Source: an uncultured Armatimonadetes bacterium (GTDB lineage: Bacteria; Armatimonadota; Hebobacteria; Hebobacterales; Hebobacteraceae). Taken from it: 64,000 nucleotides of DNA. Below are positions 1 through 10,150 of this stretch, one piece after another. The notes beneath the pieces are model-generated. The model was not told where the DNA came from. It saw only the letters and a list, made by a program, of their open reading frames with translations, and did not search any database. Each line of letters begins with the position of its first letter. The stretch's first letter is position 1. The DNA lies in assembly GCA_963716175.1 (NCBI GenBank), contig OY970296.1, positions 640,001 through 704,000 of the forward strand, given 5' to 3'. The position numbers were made by a program, and so were the translations under genes.

Positions 1-1
1 T

Positions 2-412
2 GCGCGCCGCCAACGCGAGCTCGATCGGCTCGCGATTGCGGCCACTCACCGAGGCCAGCATCAGCACGTCGCCCGGGCGCATCTCGCTGCTGCGGACCGC
101 GAGGCGGATGGCTTCGAGGTCGAGATCAGACGCCGTGCCCACTGACTCCGGCCGAGGCCGGTCCCGCAGGCAGTCCGCGATGGGGCTATCCACGTGAAAG
201 CCGAACGAGAAGACCCTGGTCGCCATCAGCCCACCGGCTCTTCCGGTGAGCTCCCGCTCCCCGCCGTGGCCGATGCTGTGCACCCAGAAGGCCCCGCCCC
301 GCGCCAGCGAGCCGGCCACGGCCTCGGCCGCACGCACGATGTTGGCCATCTGCGTGACCTCGATCTTCTGGACGACCTCGTGCACGGCATCCGCGTACTT
401 GTGAGCGAGCAT
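2..412 (-). CDS. SIS-domain (sugar isomerase) protein, truncated at window start
   Basis: Manual translation from ATG at 412 (RBS AGGAGG): MLAHKYADAVHEVVQKIE...GHGG...GRAGGL...PGDVLMLASVSGRNREPIELAL, typical of SIS/UPF0309-type proteins; runs off the window. Confidence 0.8.
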   Translation of the reverse strand, partial: MLAHKYADAVHEVVQKIEVTQMANIVRAAEAVAGSLARGGAFWVHSIGHGGERELTGRAGGLMATRVFSFGFHVDSPIADCLRDRPRPESVGTASDLDLEAIRLAVRSSEMRPGDVLMLASVSGRNREPIELALAAR

Positions 413-461
413 TTCGTCCTCCTCTATCGCCGGACTGAGGCCATGCTCTCCCCCCTGACGG

Positions 462-1421
462 CTACCCCTCGCGAGAGGGTCTGAAGGCCCGTCCGGTCTC
501 CACTAGCCGGCCAACCAGGCCGGGTTCCCAATCCACGCCCATCTGCCGCAGCGCCAGCAGCGCCGCCCCCTCCGCGGGCTGCACCCGAGGCCAGACGGGG
601 CGCATTTCGGGCGCGGCCTCCGCCAGACGGCAGCGCATCTCGTCCCACCAGATCCGCGACCCCTGGGCGACGCCCCCAATGGGGACGACCGGGATGGCGA
701 GGTCCCGCATTCCCAGCTCGCCAATCTGGTCTGCCGCGAGACCGGCTAGCTCGCGGGCGGATTGCCGCACGCACTCAACCGCGACCCGATCGCCCGCTTC
801 CGCCTCCCTGTCTACTGCTCTGGCCAGAGCCGCGATCTGGCGCCGGCCCATGTTCTCCACATAGACCAGCCGGAAGACCCCCCTCAGGTCGGCTACGCCC
901 AGCGCCCGCGGCAGCGCCGCAGCCAGGCTGGTGCGGCGCGACTCGGTCCAGCCGGAAGCGAAAGCTGCCCGCAGCCCGCGCAGGCCAATCTCGTAGGCGC
1001 TGCCGTAATCATTCAGCACCGGCCCGAGGCCGCCCCAGTGCAGATGACGACCGTCCGGGCGCCGGCTGTGCACAAACGAGCCCGTGCCGGAGAGCACCAC
1101 CAGACCCCACTGTTCCTGGGCGGAGGCGAAGGCCGTCTCCACTTCATTGGTCACCAGGTAATGCACCGCCTCGCCGGTTGCCGGGAACACCTCGCGAAAC
1201 CTGCCCTCGGGCAGGTAGCCCGCAGTCCAGCATTCAGCCGCGACCACGCCGGCCAGCGCGCTTGCGATCGCCTCCCGGTAGGAGGCGGCCACCACCTCGG
1301 GCGAATCGTAGTAGACATGGGTGGGGCCGCCCCGGCCCCAACCCGCGACGGCGCCGGTCTCGGCGACCAACACCGCGTCGCACTTGGACCCCCCGCCATC
1401 AATGCCGAGCGCGTACCTCAT
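462..1421 (-). CDS. BadF/BadG/BcrA/BcrD-family ATPase (N-acetylglucosamine kinase-like sugar kinase)
   Basis: LGIDGGGSK, VVLSGTGS, GGLGPVLNDYGSAYEIG motifs; start placed at MRYALGID. Confidence 0.85.
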   Translation of the reverse strand: MRYALGIDGGGSKCDAVLVAETGAVAGWGRGGPTHVYYDSPEVVAASYREAIASALAGVVAAECWTAGYLPEGRFREVFPATGEAVHYLVTNEVETAFASAQEQWGLVVLSGTGSFVHSRRPDGRHLHWGGLGPVLNDYGSAYEIGLRGLRAAFASGWTESRRTSLAAALPRALGVADLRGVFRLVYVENMGRRQIAALARAVDREAEAGDRVAVECVRQSARELAGLAADQIGELGMRDLAIPVVPIGGVAQGSRIWWDEMRCRLAEAAPEMRPVWPRVQPAEGAALLALRQMGVDWEPGLVGRLVETGRAFRPSREG

Positions 1422-1525
1422 CCCATTCCAGCCCGGAACCACGCGATCACGCCAACCGGTGTCCGCCCTTGCGTGGGGTGCATTCCGCAGGCGAGCAGAC
1501 GAGTCCTGCCGTTTCGCCTCCAAGA

Positions 1526-1550
1526 GGGCAGGAGCAAGCTCCTGCCCAAC
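1526..1550. repeat. REP-like palindrome GGGCAGGAGCAAGCTCCTGCCCAAC
   Basis: Hairpin; 24 nt identical to 19886-19909, with a variant at 19740-19765. Confidence 0.75.
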
Positions 1551-1574
1551 GAACGGAACCCACGGAGACGAAGC

Positions 1575-2822
1575 ATGGAGCTAAGCGAGGCCTTGAGGGC
1601 GGCGGCTGCGCGGGGTCTGAGCGAAGCGCGCGAGCTGCTGTGCGACCTGATCCGACTTCCCACCGTGACCGGCCAAGAGCAGCCGGCGGTAGACTATCTC
1701 CTGACCCGCTGCCAGGAACTGCAAGGGCAGGCCGAGCTGGTCCCGATTCCGAGCGGCATCACGGACGATATTGACTACAGCTTCGGCGATGTCGCCTTCG
1801 ACTACCACGACCGGCCGAACCTGGTCTTCCAACGCCGCGGGAGCGGAGGCGGACAGAGCCTGATAATCTCCACCCACCTGGACGTGGTGCCGGCCGCGGA
1901 CTGGGCCGAGGCCTTCGCGCCGAGGGTGGAGGGCGATCACGTGGTGGGAAGAGGCGCCTGTGACGCGAAAGGCCAGGCAGCCGCGGTATGGTTGGCCCTA
2001 TGGCTGCTGGACGCGGTTGGAGTCAGGACGAAGGGGACAGTGGAGGCGCAGTTCGTGATCGAGGAGGAGATCGGCGGCAATGGCGCCCTGGGGATCATCC
2101 TCGCGGGCCGTCGGGCCGACGCCGCGCTGGTCGTGGAAGGAACGGACTTGCAGGTTCATCCCGCCAACCGCGGGGCCATCTGGTACCGGATTCGAATTGA
2201 GGGCAAGTCGGTGCACATGGGCCGCATACGGGAGGGCATCAGCGCGCACGATAAGGCGATGGAGGTGATCGAGATCCTGCGCCGCTACGAACGGAGGTTG
2301 ATGGCGGAGAGCAAGGGAGTCCCTCTGTTCGAGCGCTACCAGCAGCCGGTGCAGGTGAATGTAGGAGTGGTGCGCGCCGGCGACTGGCCTGCGACGGTCC
2401 CCGGCGAATGCCTGATCGAGGGCGGAGTCGGTTTCCTGCCCAATAAGCGCATGGCGGACGTGAAGCGCGACCTGGAAGAGGCGATCCGAGGCCAGGCCGA
2501 TGAGTGGACGCGGCGACATTTCACCCTGGACTTCCCGAAGCTCCACAATGAGGCCTACCAGACCGATCCCGGTCACCCCTTCGTGAGGGCGGTGGCCGCG
2601 GCCTGCGACGAGGCCGGGCTGAAGTCCGAGGTGTTCGGGTGGAACGTGAGCTGTGACGCCCGGCTCTACTATCATCGGGGCAAGATGCCAACCGTCGTGT
2701 TCGGCCCAGGCAAGCCCGAACAAGCACATTCCAGGGGAGAGCGGATCGCCATGAGCCAGATCGGAGAGGCGGCCATTGCCATCGCGCTGCTGATCGCGCG
2801 CTGGTGCGAGGCGGCTAGCTGA
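1575..2822 (+). CDS. M20-family metallopeptidase / ArgE-DapE-like deacylase
   Basis: [27 protein letters not shown]-terminal AH metal-binding motifs; RBS GGAG before ATG 1575. Confidence 0.88.
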   Translation: MELSEALRAAAARGLSEARELLCDLIRLPTVTGQEQPAVDYLLTRCQELQGQAELVPIPSGITDDIDYSFGDVAFDYHDRPNLVFQRRGSGGGQSLIISTHLDVVPAADWAEAFAPRVEGDHVVGRGACDAKGQAAAVWLALWLLDAVGVRTKGTVEAQFVIEEEIGGNGALGIILAGRRADAALVVEGTDLQVHPANRGAIWYRIRIEGKSVHMGRIREGISAHDKAMEVIEILRRYERRLMAESKGVPLFERYQQPVQVNVGVVRAGDWPATVPGECLIEGGVGFLPNKRMADVKRDLEEAIRGQADEWTRRHFTLDFPKLHNEAYQTDPGHPFVRAVAAACDEAGLKSEVFGWNVSCDARLYYHRGKMPTVVFGPGKPEQAHSRGERIAMSQIGEAAIAIALLIARWCEAAS

Positions 2823-3720
2823 TCGTCGCCTCCAGGCCGGCCTCCCGCGCCATCTGCACGAACCGCTCCAGTTGCTCCCGGCTCTGCGGCTCCCCGGCGA
2901 TTTCGTAGGGAAGGTCGAGCCATTCGTACTTGGCGCTGGCCGCGGCGTTGTATGGCAGCAGGGCCACCGATGGCAGGCCGACCTGACGCATGAAGGCGAA
3001 GATGCCGCGCAGATTCTCTTCGGTATCGGTGATGCCGGGGATGAGCGGGATGCGAACCTGAGTCTGGTACTCGGCCAGCCGGGCCGCGTTCTCCAGGATA
3101 CCCCCATTGGAGCGCCCAGTCCAGCGCAGATGCTCGTGCTCGTCCATCAGCTTGAGATCGTAGAGCACGAGGTCGGAGTGCGCGACCAGGCGCGCCAGCT
3201 GCGACCAGGCGCAGGCGCCATTGGTCTCGATAGCGGTGTGGACGCCGGCGGCACGGCAGCCCTCCAGGACCGAGGCCGCGAACTCGGTCTGCGCGGTTGC
3301 CTCCCCGCCCGTGAGGGTGATACCTCCCCCCGAGTGTCCGAAGAACGGTCGCAGGCGCGACGCTCTTTCCACCAGCGCCCGCGCGGAGATGGCGTAGCCC
3401 TTGATCGCCAGCGCGCGCTGGGGGCAGTGCTCGACACAGCGGCCGCAGGTGAGGCAGACGCTACGGTCGAGGGAGTGCCCCCCATCCTCAACTCGGTGCA
3501 CGCCCTGGCTGCAGACCGCGGCGCAGCTTCCGCAGTAGGTGCACCGATCACGCAGGAAGATCAGCTCCGGCTCCGGGTTGCGCGATTCGGGGCTGTGGCA
3601 CCACTTACATCCCAGGGGGCAGCCCTTGAGGTAGACAGCCATGCGGATGCCAGGCCCGTCGTGAACCGCGAAGGTGTCTATGTCGAAGACGGTGCCTTCC
3701 CGGGTATCGCCCCAGGACAT
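2815..3720 (-). CDS. Glycyl-radical enzyme activating enzyme (radical SAM with inserted ferredoxin domain)
   Basis: [21 protein letters not shown], two CxxCxxCxxxC motifs, TGGE; overlaps the GRE stop by 1 nt. Confidence 0.93.
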   Translation of the reverse strand: MSWGDTREGTVFDIDTFAVHDGPGIRMAVYLKGCPLGCKWCHSPESRNPEPELIFLRDRCTYCGSCAAVCSQGVHRVEDGGHSLDRSVCLTCGRCVEHCPQRALAIKGYAISARALVERASRLRPFFGHSGGGITLTGGEATAQTEFAASVLEGCRAAGVHTAIETNGACAWSQLARLVAHSDLVLYDLKLMDEHEHLRWTGRSNGGILENAARLAEYQTQVRIPLIPGITDTEENLRGIFAFMRQVGLPSVALLPYNAAASAKYEWLDLPYEIAGEPQSREQLERFVQMAREAGLEATIS

Positions 3721-6059
3721 CAGCCACGCCCCTCCTGTCGGCGGATGTGGTGGGTCTGCTGTTCCCGGCTAAGCATGGTGAAGTAGGCGCACCACCCGCC
3801 CATGCGCACCCGCAAAGACTGGTAGCGGTCCGGCTCTCGCTGCGCTGCCCGCAGCTCCTCCGTGTCCGCCACGGTCAGGGTCATGATGGTCCCGCCGGTG
3901 TCCACGAAGCTGCGAATCAGGGCGGCCATGCGGCCCGTGCCTTCGCTGCCCTCCACCAATCGGCGCCCCAAGCGCAGGTCCAGGGGCGCGCCGGCCGGCA
4001 GTCTGGAGTGGTGCATCTTTCCATAGGACAGGATGCCGGCGGGAAGGCCGGCCAGATCCTGGCCCAAGGCCGGCGAGAAGTTCGACGAGACCGGCTCGCC
4101 GGCCAGCCGGCCGTCAGGGGAGGCGCCGAGTCCTTCGCCGATACCGATATACCAGGAGAAGGTGCCCACGCCGCAGGGGAATCTGACGGTGGTGCGGTGC
4201 CTATCGCCATGCCGGGCCACGGCCGCGACGAACGCGGCGATCACCTTCTCCCCCACCTCGTCGGCCTCTTCGTCATCATTGCCATACTTGGGCGCGGCGA
4301 GCAGCTTGGCGCGCAGCGGTGTGTAGCCCTCGAAGTTGGCCGCCAGCGCGTCGCACAGCTCCGACATGGAGGTGGCTAGGCCTTGGGCCGCCATGGCGGT
4401 CGCCGGGGGCGACATAGCCACCGCGCGCTGCTCGAAGATGACCCTCTTGATAGCGGTGAGCGAATCTATGGCATGTGCCGCGCTCTCGGCGAGCATCCCG
4501 AAGGTGCGGAACTTGGCGCCTCCCGCAGTGAGATCCTTGCGCGAGGAGATGCATCCCTGGATCAGCGCGCTGAGCAGCGGAACCGGCGCGATGGTGCTGC
4601 GATCATTGACAGCATCAACCACCTGCTGCACCACCCGTGCGACCATGGCATCCAGTTGGATGAGGAAGGCCTGCCAGACCTGGTCATAGCTGGCAAAGCT
4701 GCGGGGGTCGCCGGTGTCCGGGCCTTGCTGCAGGCCGTCGGGCCGAGCGCGGCCCCGGTTGAGCGCCCACTCCAGGCAGAGCATGAGGCTGAGGCGCTGA
4801 AAGACGAAGTCCGTGCGACCCGGGATGATCACTTCCCAGCAGCCGTCATTGGTGTAGTCCCGGGCATCGGGCGTGGGGATGCCCAGCCCCTCGAGCGCTG
4901 GAATCAGGGCCTCGTCATTGAACAGCGCGGGCATGCCGCCGCCGTCCTTCAGCACCTCGCAGACGCAGCCGATCAGCTCCTCCGGCGACCGGCGATGCAC
5001 TCGCACGCTGAACAAGGGATTGGTCATCTGGTTGCGGCGATAGCTCTCCAGCAGCAGGAACGTGAGCGCATTGGTGCCATCCCGGCCCTCCGGCGTGAGC
5101 CCACCGACGATGATGTTCTGCAGCCAATGGTTGGTGGCGTCCACATCATCGCGCGTCATGCTGATCTGAGAGGATGTGTAGTGCCGGGTGCGCCGCTCGG
5201 GGTCCACGGGCTCCGGCTGGCGGGCCTCGGGCCGCTGCTGCTCGGTGGTTTCAGCGCGCTCATTGAACTTCAGGCAGAAGCAATCCACCAGCTCGGCGGC
5301 GCGGTTGAGATCAATGCGCCCGGCTTCCAGGTCAGCCTTGAGATAGGGCCAGACATACTGGTCCAGCCGGCCCATGGCGTCTCCGTCCATGGTGGCGTGC
5401 AGGATCATGTGCAACAACCAGACCGACTGCAGCGCCTGCCAGAAGGTCTGAGCCGGCCCAGCCGGGGACTCGCGGAGGTTGGCCGCCATTTGCCGCAGCT
5501 CGCCAGCCCGCACCGACTCCGGCTCCGCTTCGGCCTCCGATTCGCAGCGCTCGGCCAGCCGGGAGGCGAAACCCATCACGCCCTCCAGGGCCACCACCAC
5601 GGAATCGAGGAACGCCTGCTCCTCCCGGCTCTGGGCGCGGGGCCGCTGCGCCTCGGCCTCGGCGCGCAGGCCGCGCAGCCCCTTGGAGAGCAGGGCCGGA
5701 TAATCCGGCACGATGTGACCGAACACCGACCAGATGCTCAGGCCGCGCTGGGCCGCGGCGGCGCGTTCGGCCTCCGTAATGTAGTCGGGAAACCTCCACT
5801 CGGCGTGCAGGCGGGGCTCCTCCAGAGTCATGGACCCCGCGAAGAGCTGGCCCGGCCAGAGATCGGTGGGCATGGCCGACAGCTTCAGGGCGACCGCGCG
5901 TGCCTTGCGGACTGCCAGGGGTTCTGACACGAACCGCTCGTCAATCCGCGCCGGGCAGTCCCAGCCTACCGGAGGCCGGCCCATGGCGGCGCGCACGCGG
6001 CGGCGCAGGTCGGCCACGCGCGCCGTGTCCGTCCGTTCCTGTGTCAGCGTGTCGAACAT
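3720..6059 (-). CDS. Glycyl-radical enzyme (PFL2-like superfamily), substrate unknown
   Basis: [29 protein letters not shown] (catalytic Cys), [23 protein letters not shown] (glycyl loop); adjacent activase. Confidence 0.92.
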   Translation of the reverse strand: MFDTLTQERTDTARVADLRRRVRAAMGRPPVGWDCPARIDERFVSEPLAVRKARAVALKLSAMPTDLWPGQLFAGSMTLEEPRLHAEWRFPDYITEAERAAAAQRGLSIWSVFGHIVPDYPALLSKGLRGLRAEAEAQRPRAQSREEQAFLDSVVVALEGVMGFASRLAERCESEAEAEPESVRAGELRQMAANLRESPAGPAQTFWQALQSVWLLHMILHATMDGDAMGRLDQYVWPYLKADLEAGRIDLNRAAELVDCFCLKFNERAETTEQQRPEARQPEPVDPERRTRHYTSSQISMTRDDVDATNHWLQNIIVGGLTPEGRDGTNALTFLLLESYRRNQMTNPLFSVRVHRRSPEELIGCVCEVLKDGGGMPALFNDEALIPALEGLGIPTPDARDYTNDGCWEVIIPGRTDFVFQRLSLMLCLEWALNRGRARPDGLQQGPDTGDPRSFASYDQVWQAFLIQLDAMVARVVQQVVDAVNDRSTIAPVPLLSALIQGCISSRKDLTAGGAKFRTFGMLAESAAHAIDSLTAIKRVIFEQRAVAMSPPATAMAAQGLATSMSELCDALAANFEGYTPLRAKLLAAPKYGNDDEEADEVGEKVIAAFVAAVARHGDRHRTTVRFPCGVGTFSWYIGIGEGLGASPDGRLAGEPVSSNFSPALGQDLAGLPAGILSYGKMHHSRLPAGAPLDLRLGRRLVEGSEGTGRMAALIRSFVDTGGTIMTLTVADTEELRAAQREPDRYQSLRVRMGGWCAYFTMLSREQQTHHIRRQEGRG
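4372..4421 (-). repeat. 50-nt palindromic element inserted in-frame in the GRE gene
   Basis: 41/50 identical to the intergenic copy at 15820-15869; encodes [16 protein letters not shown]. Confidence 0.85.
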
Positions 6060-6078
6060 CGCACCGGTGCCATTGTTG

Positions 6079-7251
6079 TCAGCTAGCGTAAGCTTGCTTC
6101 GCGGCAGCTATTGCCGCGCCACGGGCCTTCAGCACGCCCTGCTCGCGTAGCATCGCCTCCAACGCCTCCAGCAGTGAGGTGACATGACGCTCAGTGGCGC
6201 TCTCCCCCATCAAGCCGATCCGCCAGGCCTTGCCCTTGAACTCGCCCAGCCCTCCCCCCACCTCGATGCCGTACCGGTCGAGCAGCCCCTTGCGCACAAC
6301 AGCTTCGTCTACGCCTTCGGGGGCGCCGACCGCATTGAGCATAGGGAGTTGATGCTCCGGGTCGGCCAGATAGCGAATCCCGATCGCCCCCAGCCCGGCC
6401 TTCAGGGCGCGGTGATGGAGGGAGTGGCGCTCCCACCGAGCGGGCAGGCCCTCCTCCAGCACGATGCGCAGCGCCTCATGCAGGGCATAGTTCATGTTGA
6501 TGGGTGCAGTGTGGTGGTAGAGCCGCTCCGACCCCCAATACTGCCGCACCATGTTCATATCCAGATACCAGCTCTGCACCTTGGTCTTGCGCCCGGCGAT
6601 GACCTGCTCCGCGGCCGGACTGAAGGTGACCGGCGCCAGCCCCGGGGGACAGGAGAGGCATTTCTGTGTGCCGCTGTAGCAGGCATCCACGCGCCAGCCA
6701 TCCACATCCACCGGCATGCCGCCCAGACTGGTGACCGTGTCTACCAGAAGCAGCGCCCCGCCGGCGTGGACGACTTCGCCGATCTCGGGAATCGGCTGTG
6801 CCGCGCCGGTGCTGGTCTCGGCGTGCACGATGCCCACCAGCTTGAACGGCCCCTGCTGGGCGATAGCCTCCTCGACCTGGCGGGCCCGGATGACCTGGCC
6901 CCAGGGCACGCTGATCGCCGTCACCTGCGCGCCCGCGCGCTCGGCCACATCCTTCATGCGCTGACCGAACACGCCGGCCACGCACACCAGCATCTTGTCG
7001 CCTGTCTCGACCAGGTTCACCACGCAGGTTTCCATGCCGGCGGAACCGGTGCCGCTGACCGCCAGAGTGAGCTGATTGCGGGTCTGGAAGACGGCCTGGA
7101 GCATGTCGCGGATATCGTTCAGGACCCCGAGGAACTGCGGATCGAGGTGCCCGATGGTGGGCCGAGCCATTGCCTCCAGCACCCGCGGGTTCACATCGGA
7201 GGGGCCGGGGCCCATCAGCAGCCGCGGCTTGATCTCACTCACATTCACCAC
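6079..7251 (-). CDS. Class V PLP aminotransferase (alanine-glyoxylate / serine-pyruvate aminotransferase)
   Basis: [58 protein letters not shown]. Confidence 0.93.
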   Translation of the reverse strand: MVNVSEIKPRLLMGPGPSDVNPRVLEAMARPTIGHLDPQFLGVLNDIRDMLQAVFQTRNQLTLAVSGTGSAGMETCVVNLVETGDKMLVCVAGVFGQRMKDVAERAGAQVTAISVPWGQVIRARQVEEAIAQQGPFKLVGIVHAETSTGAAQPIPEIGEVVHAGGALLLVDTVTSLGGMPVDVDGWRVDACYSGTQKCLSCPPGLAPVTFSPAAEQVIAGRKTKVQSWYLDMNMVRQYWGSERLYHHTAPINMNYALHEALRIVLEEGLPARWERHSLHHRALKAGLGAIGIRYLADPEHQLPMLNAVGAPEGVDEAVVRKGLLDRYGIEVGGGLGEFKGKAWRIGLMGESATERHVTSLLEALEAMLREQGVLKARGAAIAAAKQAYAS

Positions 7252-7285
7252 TTCCTCCCTGCTCTGGAGTGGCAGCGGCTCAAGG

Positions 7286-8182
7286 CTACCTCGCGGGCGC
7301 GTTCATCTCGTCATCAGTCTGATAGATAGCTGCTGTCCCGCGGGGGAGATCGGCCATATCGAACTCGGGTCTGAACGCCTCCACCAGGGCGACGTTCTTC
7401 GCCACTTCCTCCGGCCAGCGCATTCCCACATTCGCCACATGCACGCGGCTGTCGGAGAGCACGTACTTCAGTGCCACCTCGTAGAGGTCATGCGCCTCCT
7501 GCCACCGCGGAGCCAGGTAGGAGACCAGGCGCTGGAAGATGCCGGAGGTCATGGGCCGCATCAGCACCACGCCCATGTCCGCCTCCCTCGCATCGTTCAA
7601 GACATGCTCGGCCGCCGACTGGTAGATTAGATTGTAGCGCACCTGGATTAGATCGAACTCGCCGCTGGCGATGAGGGGACGCGCCGTCCACGGCTCCTCC
7701 ACGGTGAACCCGATGAACCGCACACGGCCTTTGTCGCGCTGGGCCTGTACCGCATCCAGAAGGCCGCCCTTGAGGATGCGATCAACTTCCTCCTGGGTGT
7801 ACATGCCGCCGTGAAACTGCATGATATCAATGACATCGGTTCGCAGCCGCCGCAGAGAGGCCTCAACGCTCTTGGTCACGTCGGCCGCGGAAGTATCACC
7901 CCAATAGCCCACCTTGCTCGCCAGCACGAACCGATCCCGGAGCCCCTGGGTGGCCTCGCCGACGATGGACTCGCTGTTGCCATTGCCATAGCTGGGCGCG
8001 GTATCCAGGAAGTTGATCCCCGCGTCCAGGGCGGCGCGGATTGTCCCTATGGCAACACTCCGGCCTTCCGGCGTGAACGGATCCCAGCCGCGGGCGCGGT
8101 TGACACCGCCGAAGGGATACCCTCCCAGACCCAGGCGAGTGACCTCCAGGTTCGTTTTGCCGAGACGGACGCGAGGTAGCAT
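7286..8182 (-). CDS. Aldo/keto reductase
   Basis: [47 protein letters not shown]. Confidence 0.9.
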   Translation of the reverse strand: MLPRVRLGKTNLEVTRLGLGGYPFGGVNRARGWDPFTPEGRSVAIGTIRAALDAGINFLDTAPSYGNGNSESIVGEATQGLRDRFVLASKVGYWGDTSAADVTKSVEASLRRLRTDVIDIMQFHGGMYTQEEVDRILKGGLLDAVQAQRDKGRVRFIGFTVEEPWTARPLIASGEFDLIQVRYNLIYQSAAEHVLNDAREADMGVVLMRPMTSGIFQRLVSYLAPRWQEAHDLYEVALKYVLSDSRVHVANVGMRWPEEVAKNVALVEAFRPEFDMADLPRGTAAIYQTDDEMNAPAR

Positions 8183-8261
8183 GGTGACCTCTCTTAGTCA
8201 TCTTCAAGGGGGAGCCCTCACACCCCTGCTGCGAGGGAGCCTGCGAGGCACACCGCGCCGG

Positions 8262-8879
8262 CTAGGGCTTCACAGCCAAGAGATAGTTGTCGTGCCCCGG
8301 CACCACGATGTCGGCCATCCCTGCAATCTCAGCCATGGTTCGGCCGGCCAGATCGAGATCAACCGAGTTGAAGAACCCCCGCCGGTCGCGCCAGAAATCC
8401 TGCGTCATCACGGCATCGCCCGCGATGACAACCGACAGCCGATCACAGTCAAAGCGCAGGCTGTGGTGGTCGAGAGTATGGCCGGGCGTGGGGATGACCT
8501 CTATCTCCTCGAAGAGACGGTCGCGGGCCGGCTCCACGGCCCTCTGGTACTCGCCTGACTGGTTGATAGTCGCCGCTACTCCGGGCGCGGCGAACCAGCG
8601 CGCGTCCGGGAAGTGGGCCAGGCCGAAGTGGTGGTCGCCGTGATGGTGGGTGAGGAAGACCGCGTTGATCTGGCCCAGCTCGAGGCCGGTTCTGCGATCG
8701 AGCTCAGCCGCCATCCGCTCCGCCTCCCGGCACGATGGGTCCACCAGCAGACAGAAGCCGTCGCCTCTGATCAGCGTACTGGTGCAGAGAGTAGGCCGGA
8801 CAGGCCGGTCCTCGCCCTCGCCCCAGTAGCGGTTGCGAGAGAGGTTGCCGATGGTGATGATGTCCCAGCGAGTGATCAT
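8262..8879 (-). CDS. Metallo-beta-lactamase-fold hydrolase
   Basis: THHHGDH, TPGHT, AGDA, PGHD; ATGA overlap with the upstream gene. Confidence 0.88.
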   Translation of the reverse strand: MITRWDIITIGNLSRNRYWGEGEDRPVRPTLCTSTLIRGDGFCLLVDPSCREAERMAAELDRRTGLELGQINAVFLTHHHGDHHFGLAHFPDARWFAAPGVAATINQSGEYQRAVEPARDRLFEEIEVIPTPGHTLDHHSLRFDCDRLSVVIAGDAVMTQDFWRDRRGFFNSVDLDLAGRTMAEIAGMADIVVPGHDNYLLAVKP

Positions 8880-10141
8880 AGTGCCCCCTTCTGCGGCTGG
8901 CGCCGCAGCTCCGCGCCCGCTGCAATCAGCGCCTCCTGCAACCGGGTCACGTCGAGCGCGCGGGGGGCGACCCCGTTCTGACAGCACAGCGCGGCCGCGG
9001 TGCCCGCAGCCTGTCCGATGGCCATGATTGGCGCCATGGCGCGGTGGGATTCATAGGGCTGCTGCTCACTGGAGATGGCGCGGCCGGCCACCAGCAGATT
9101 CCCGATGAGCTTGGGCACGAGGCACCGGTAGGGAATGTCGTAACCCTCGTGCTCGAGGTAGCGCCGATAGCCATAGTAGCTGATGATGGGACACGAGCTG
9201 ATCGCCACCACGTCCGGGAAGCGCCGGCCCGTGATGGCATCATCCGCGGTGAGGTTGTACTCGCCCTCGATGAAGCGCGTCTGTCTGATACCCAGCAGCG
9301 GGGGCGTCTCCACAATCGTGGCCTCCCGCAGCTCGGGATGCTCTGCCTGCACGGCGGCGAAATCGTCGTAGACCGCAAGTCGGGCTTCGATCTCGGCCTG
9401 CGAGAGGTCATCGGCATCGGTGCCAACGCGGTTCTTCACCGTCGGTCCCCAGACGACGGCAGCAACACCGAAGTCGCAGGCGTGCAGCCCTTTGGGGCGG
9501 CTGGGGCCGAACTGGATGCGATACATCAACTGGTCACTGAACTTGTGCGGATCATCTCTCGCCAGCTGCCAGAAAGGCGCGCCCGCGCGGGCGGCCACAT
9601 CGGCATCGCCGCTGGCATCCACCACTGCTTTCGCCATCAAGGCCTGCCGGCCCGACTTGTTCTCAACCACCACGCCGCGCAAGCCCGCATCCGCCGTGAT
9701 GCTGTCGCAGAAGTAGGTGTGAAACATGATGTCCACGCCCGCGTCAACGCACAGCTTGAGAGTCACGTACTTGAACTTCTCGGTGTCTATAGCGTAGCTG
9801 TAGGCAAGCTGACCTGGGGTGGTGGGGTACTGCTTTTGCCGATAGGGGCTGTGGCCCAGGCCATCCATCTCCTTGAGCTTCAGGATGATCTCTTCCCCGA
9901 TGCCCCGTACCGTCTGGGTCGAGTCCGGCTCGACCTGGTTGCGGAAGCCATTGATGCAAGCCATCAGAGACGCAGTGGCGGTTCCCCCCAGATAGCCGAA
10001 CTGCTCCACGAGCACGGTCTTGGCGCGATGCCGACTGGAGGCAATCGCGGCCACCAGGCCGGCCGGTCCGCCGCCCACCACCACGACGTCCACATCTCGT
10101 GTAATCGGAATGTCTCGGGCAGGTTCTCGATAGGTGTCCAT
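8876..10141 (-). CDS. FAD-dependent oxidoreductase (FAD_oxidored-type)
   Basis: DVVVVGGGPAG, LGGTAT, VDASGDAD, IPYRCLVP, GQAAGTAAAL. Confidence 0.88.
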   Translation of the reverse strand: MDTYREPARDIPITRDVDVVVVGGGPAGLVAAIASSRHRAKTVLVEQFGYLGGTATASLMACINGFRNQVEPDSTQTVRGIGEEIILKLKEMDGLGHSPYRQKQYPTTPGQLAYSYAIDTEKFKYVTLKLCVDAGVDIMFHTYFCDSITADAGLRGVVVENKSGRQALMAKAVVDASGDADVAARAGAPFWQLARDDPHKFSDQLMYRIQFGPSRPKGLHACDFGVAAVVWGPTVKNRVGTDADDLSQAEIEARLAVYDDFAAVQAEHPELREATIVETPPLLGIRQTRFIEGEYNLTADDAITGRRFPDVVAISSCPIISYYGYRRYLEHEGYDIPYRCLVPKLIGNLLVAGRAISSEQQPYESHRAMAPIMAIGQAAGTAAALCCQNGVAPRALDVTRLQEALIAAGAELRRQPQKGAL

Positions 10142-10150
10142 GTGTTTCCT

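Noticed and set aside
9030-9042. Other GCCATGGC-centred palindromes (about 9030 and 21130)
   Set aside because: They fall in ordinary coding motifs (RAMAP, FAMAM) without the flanking arms of the element.
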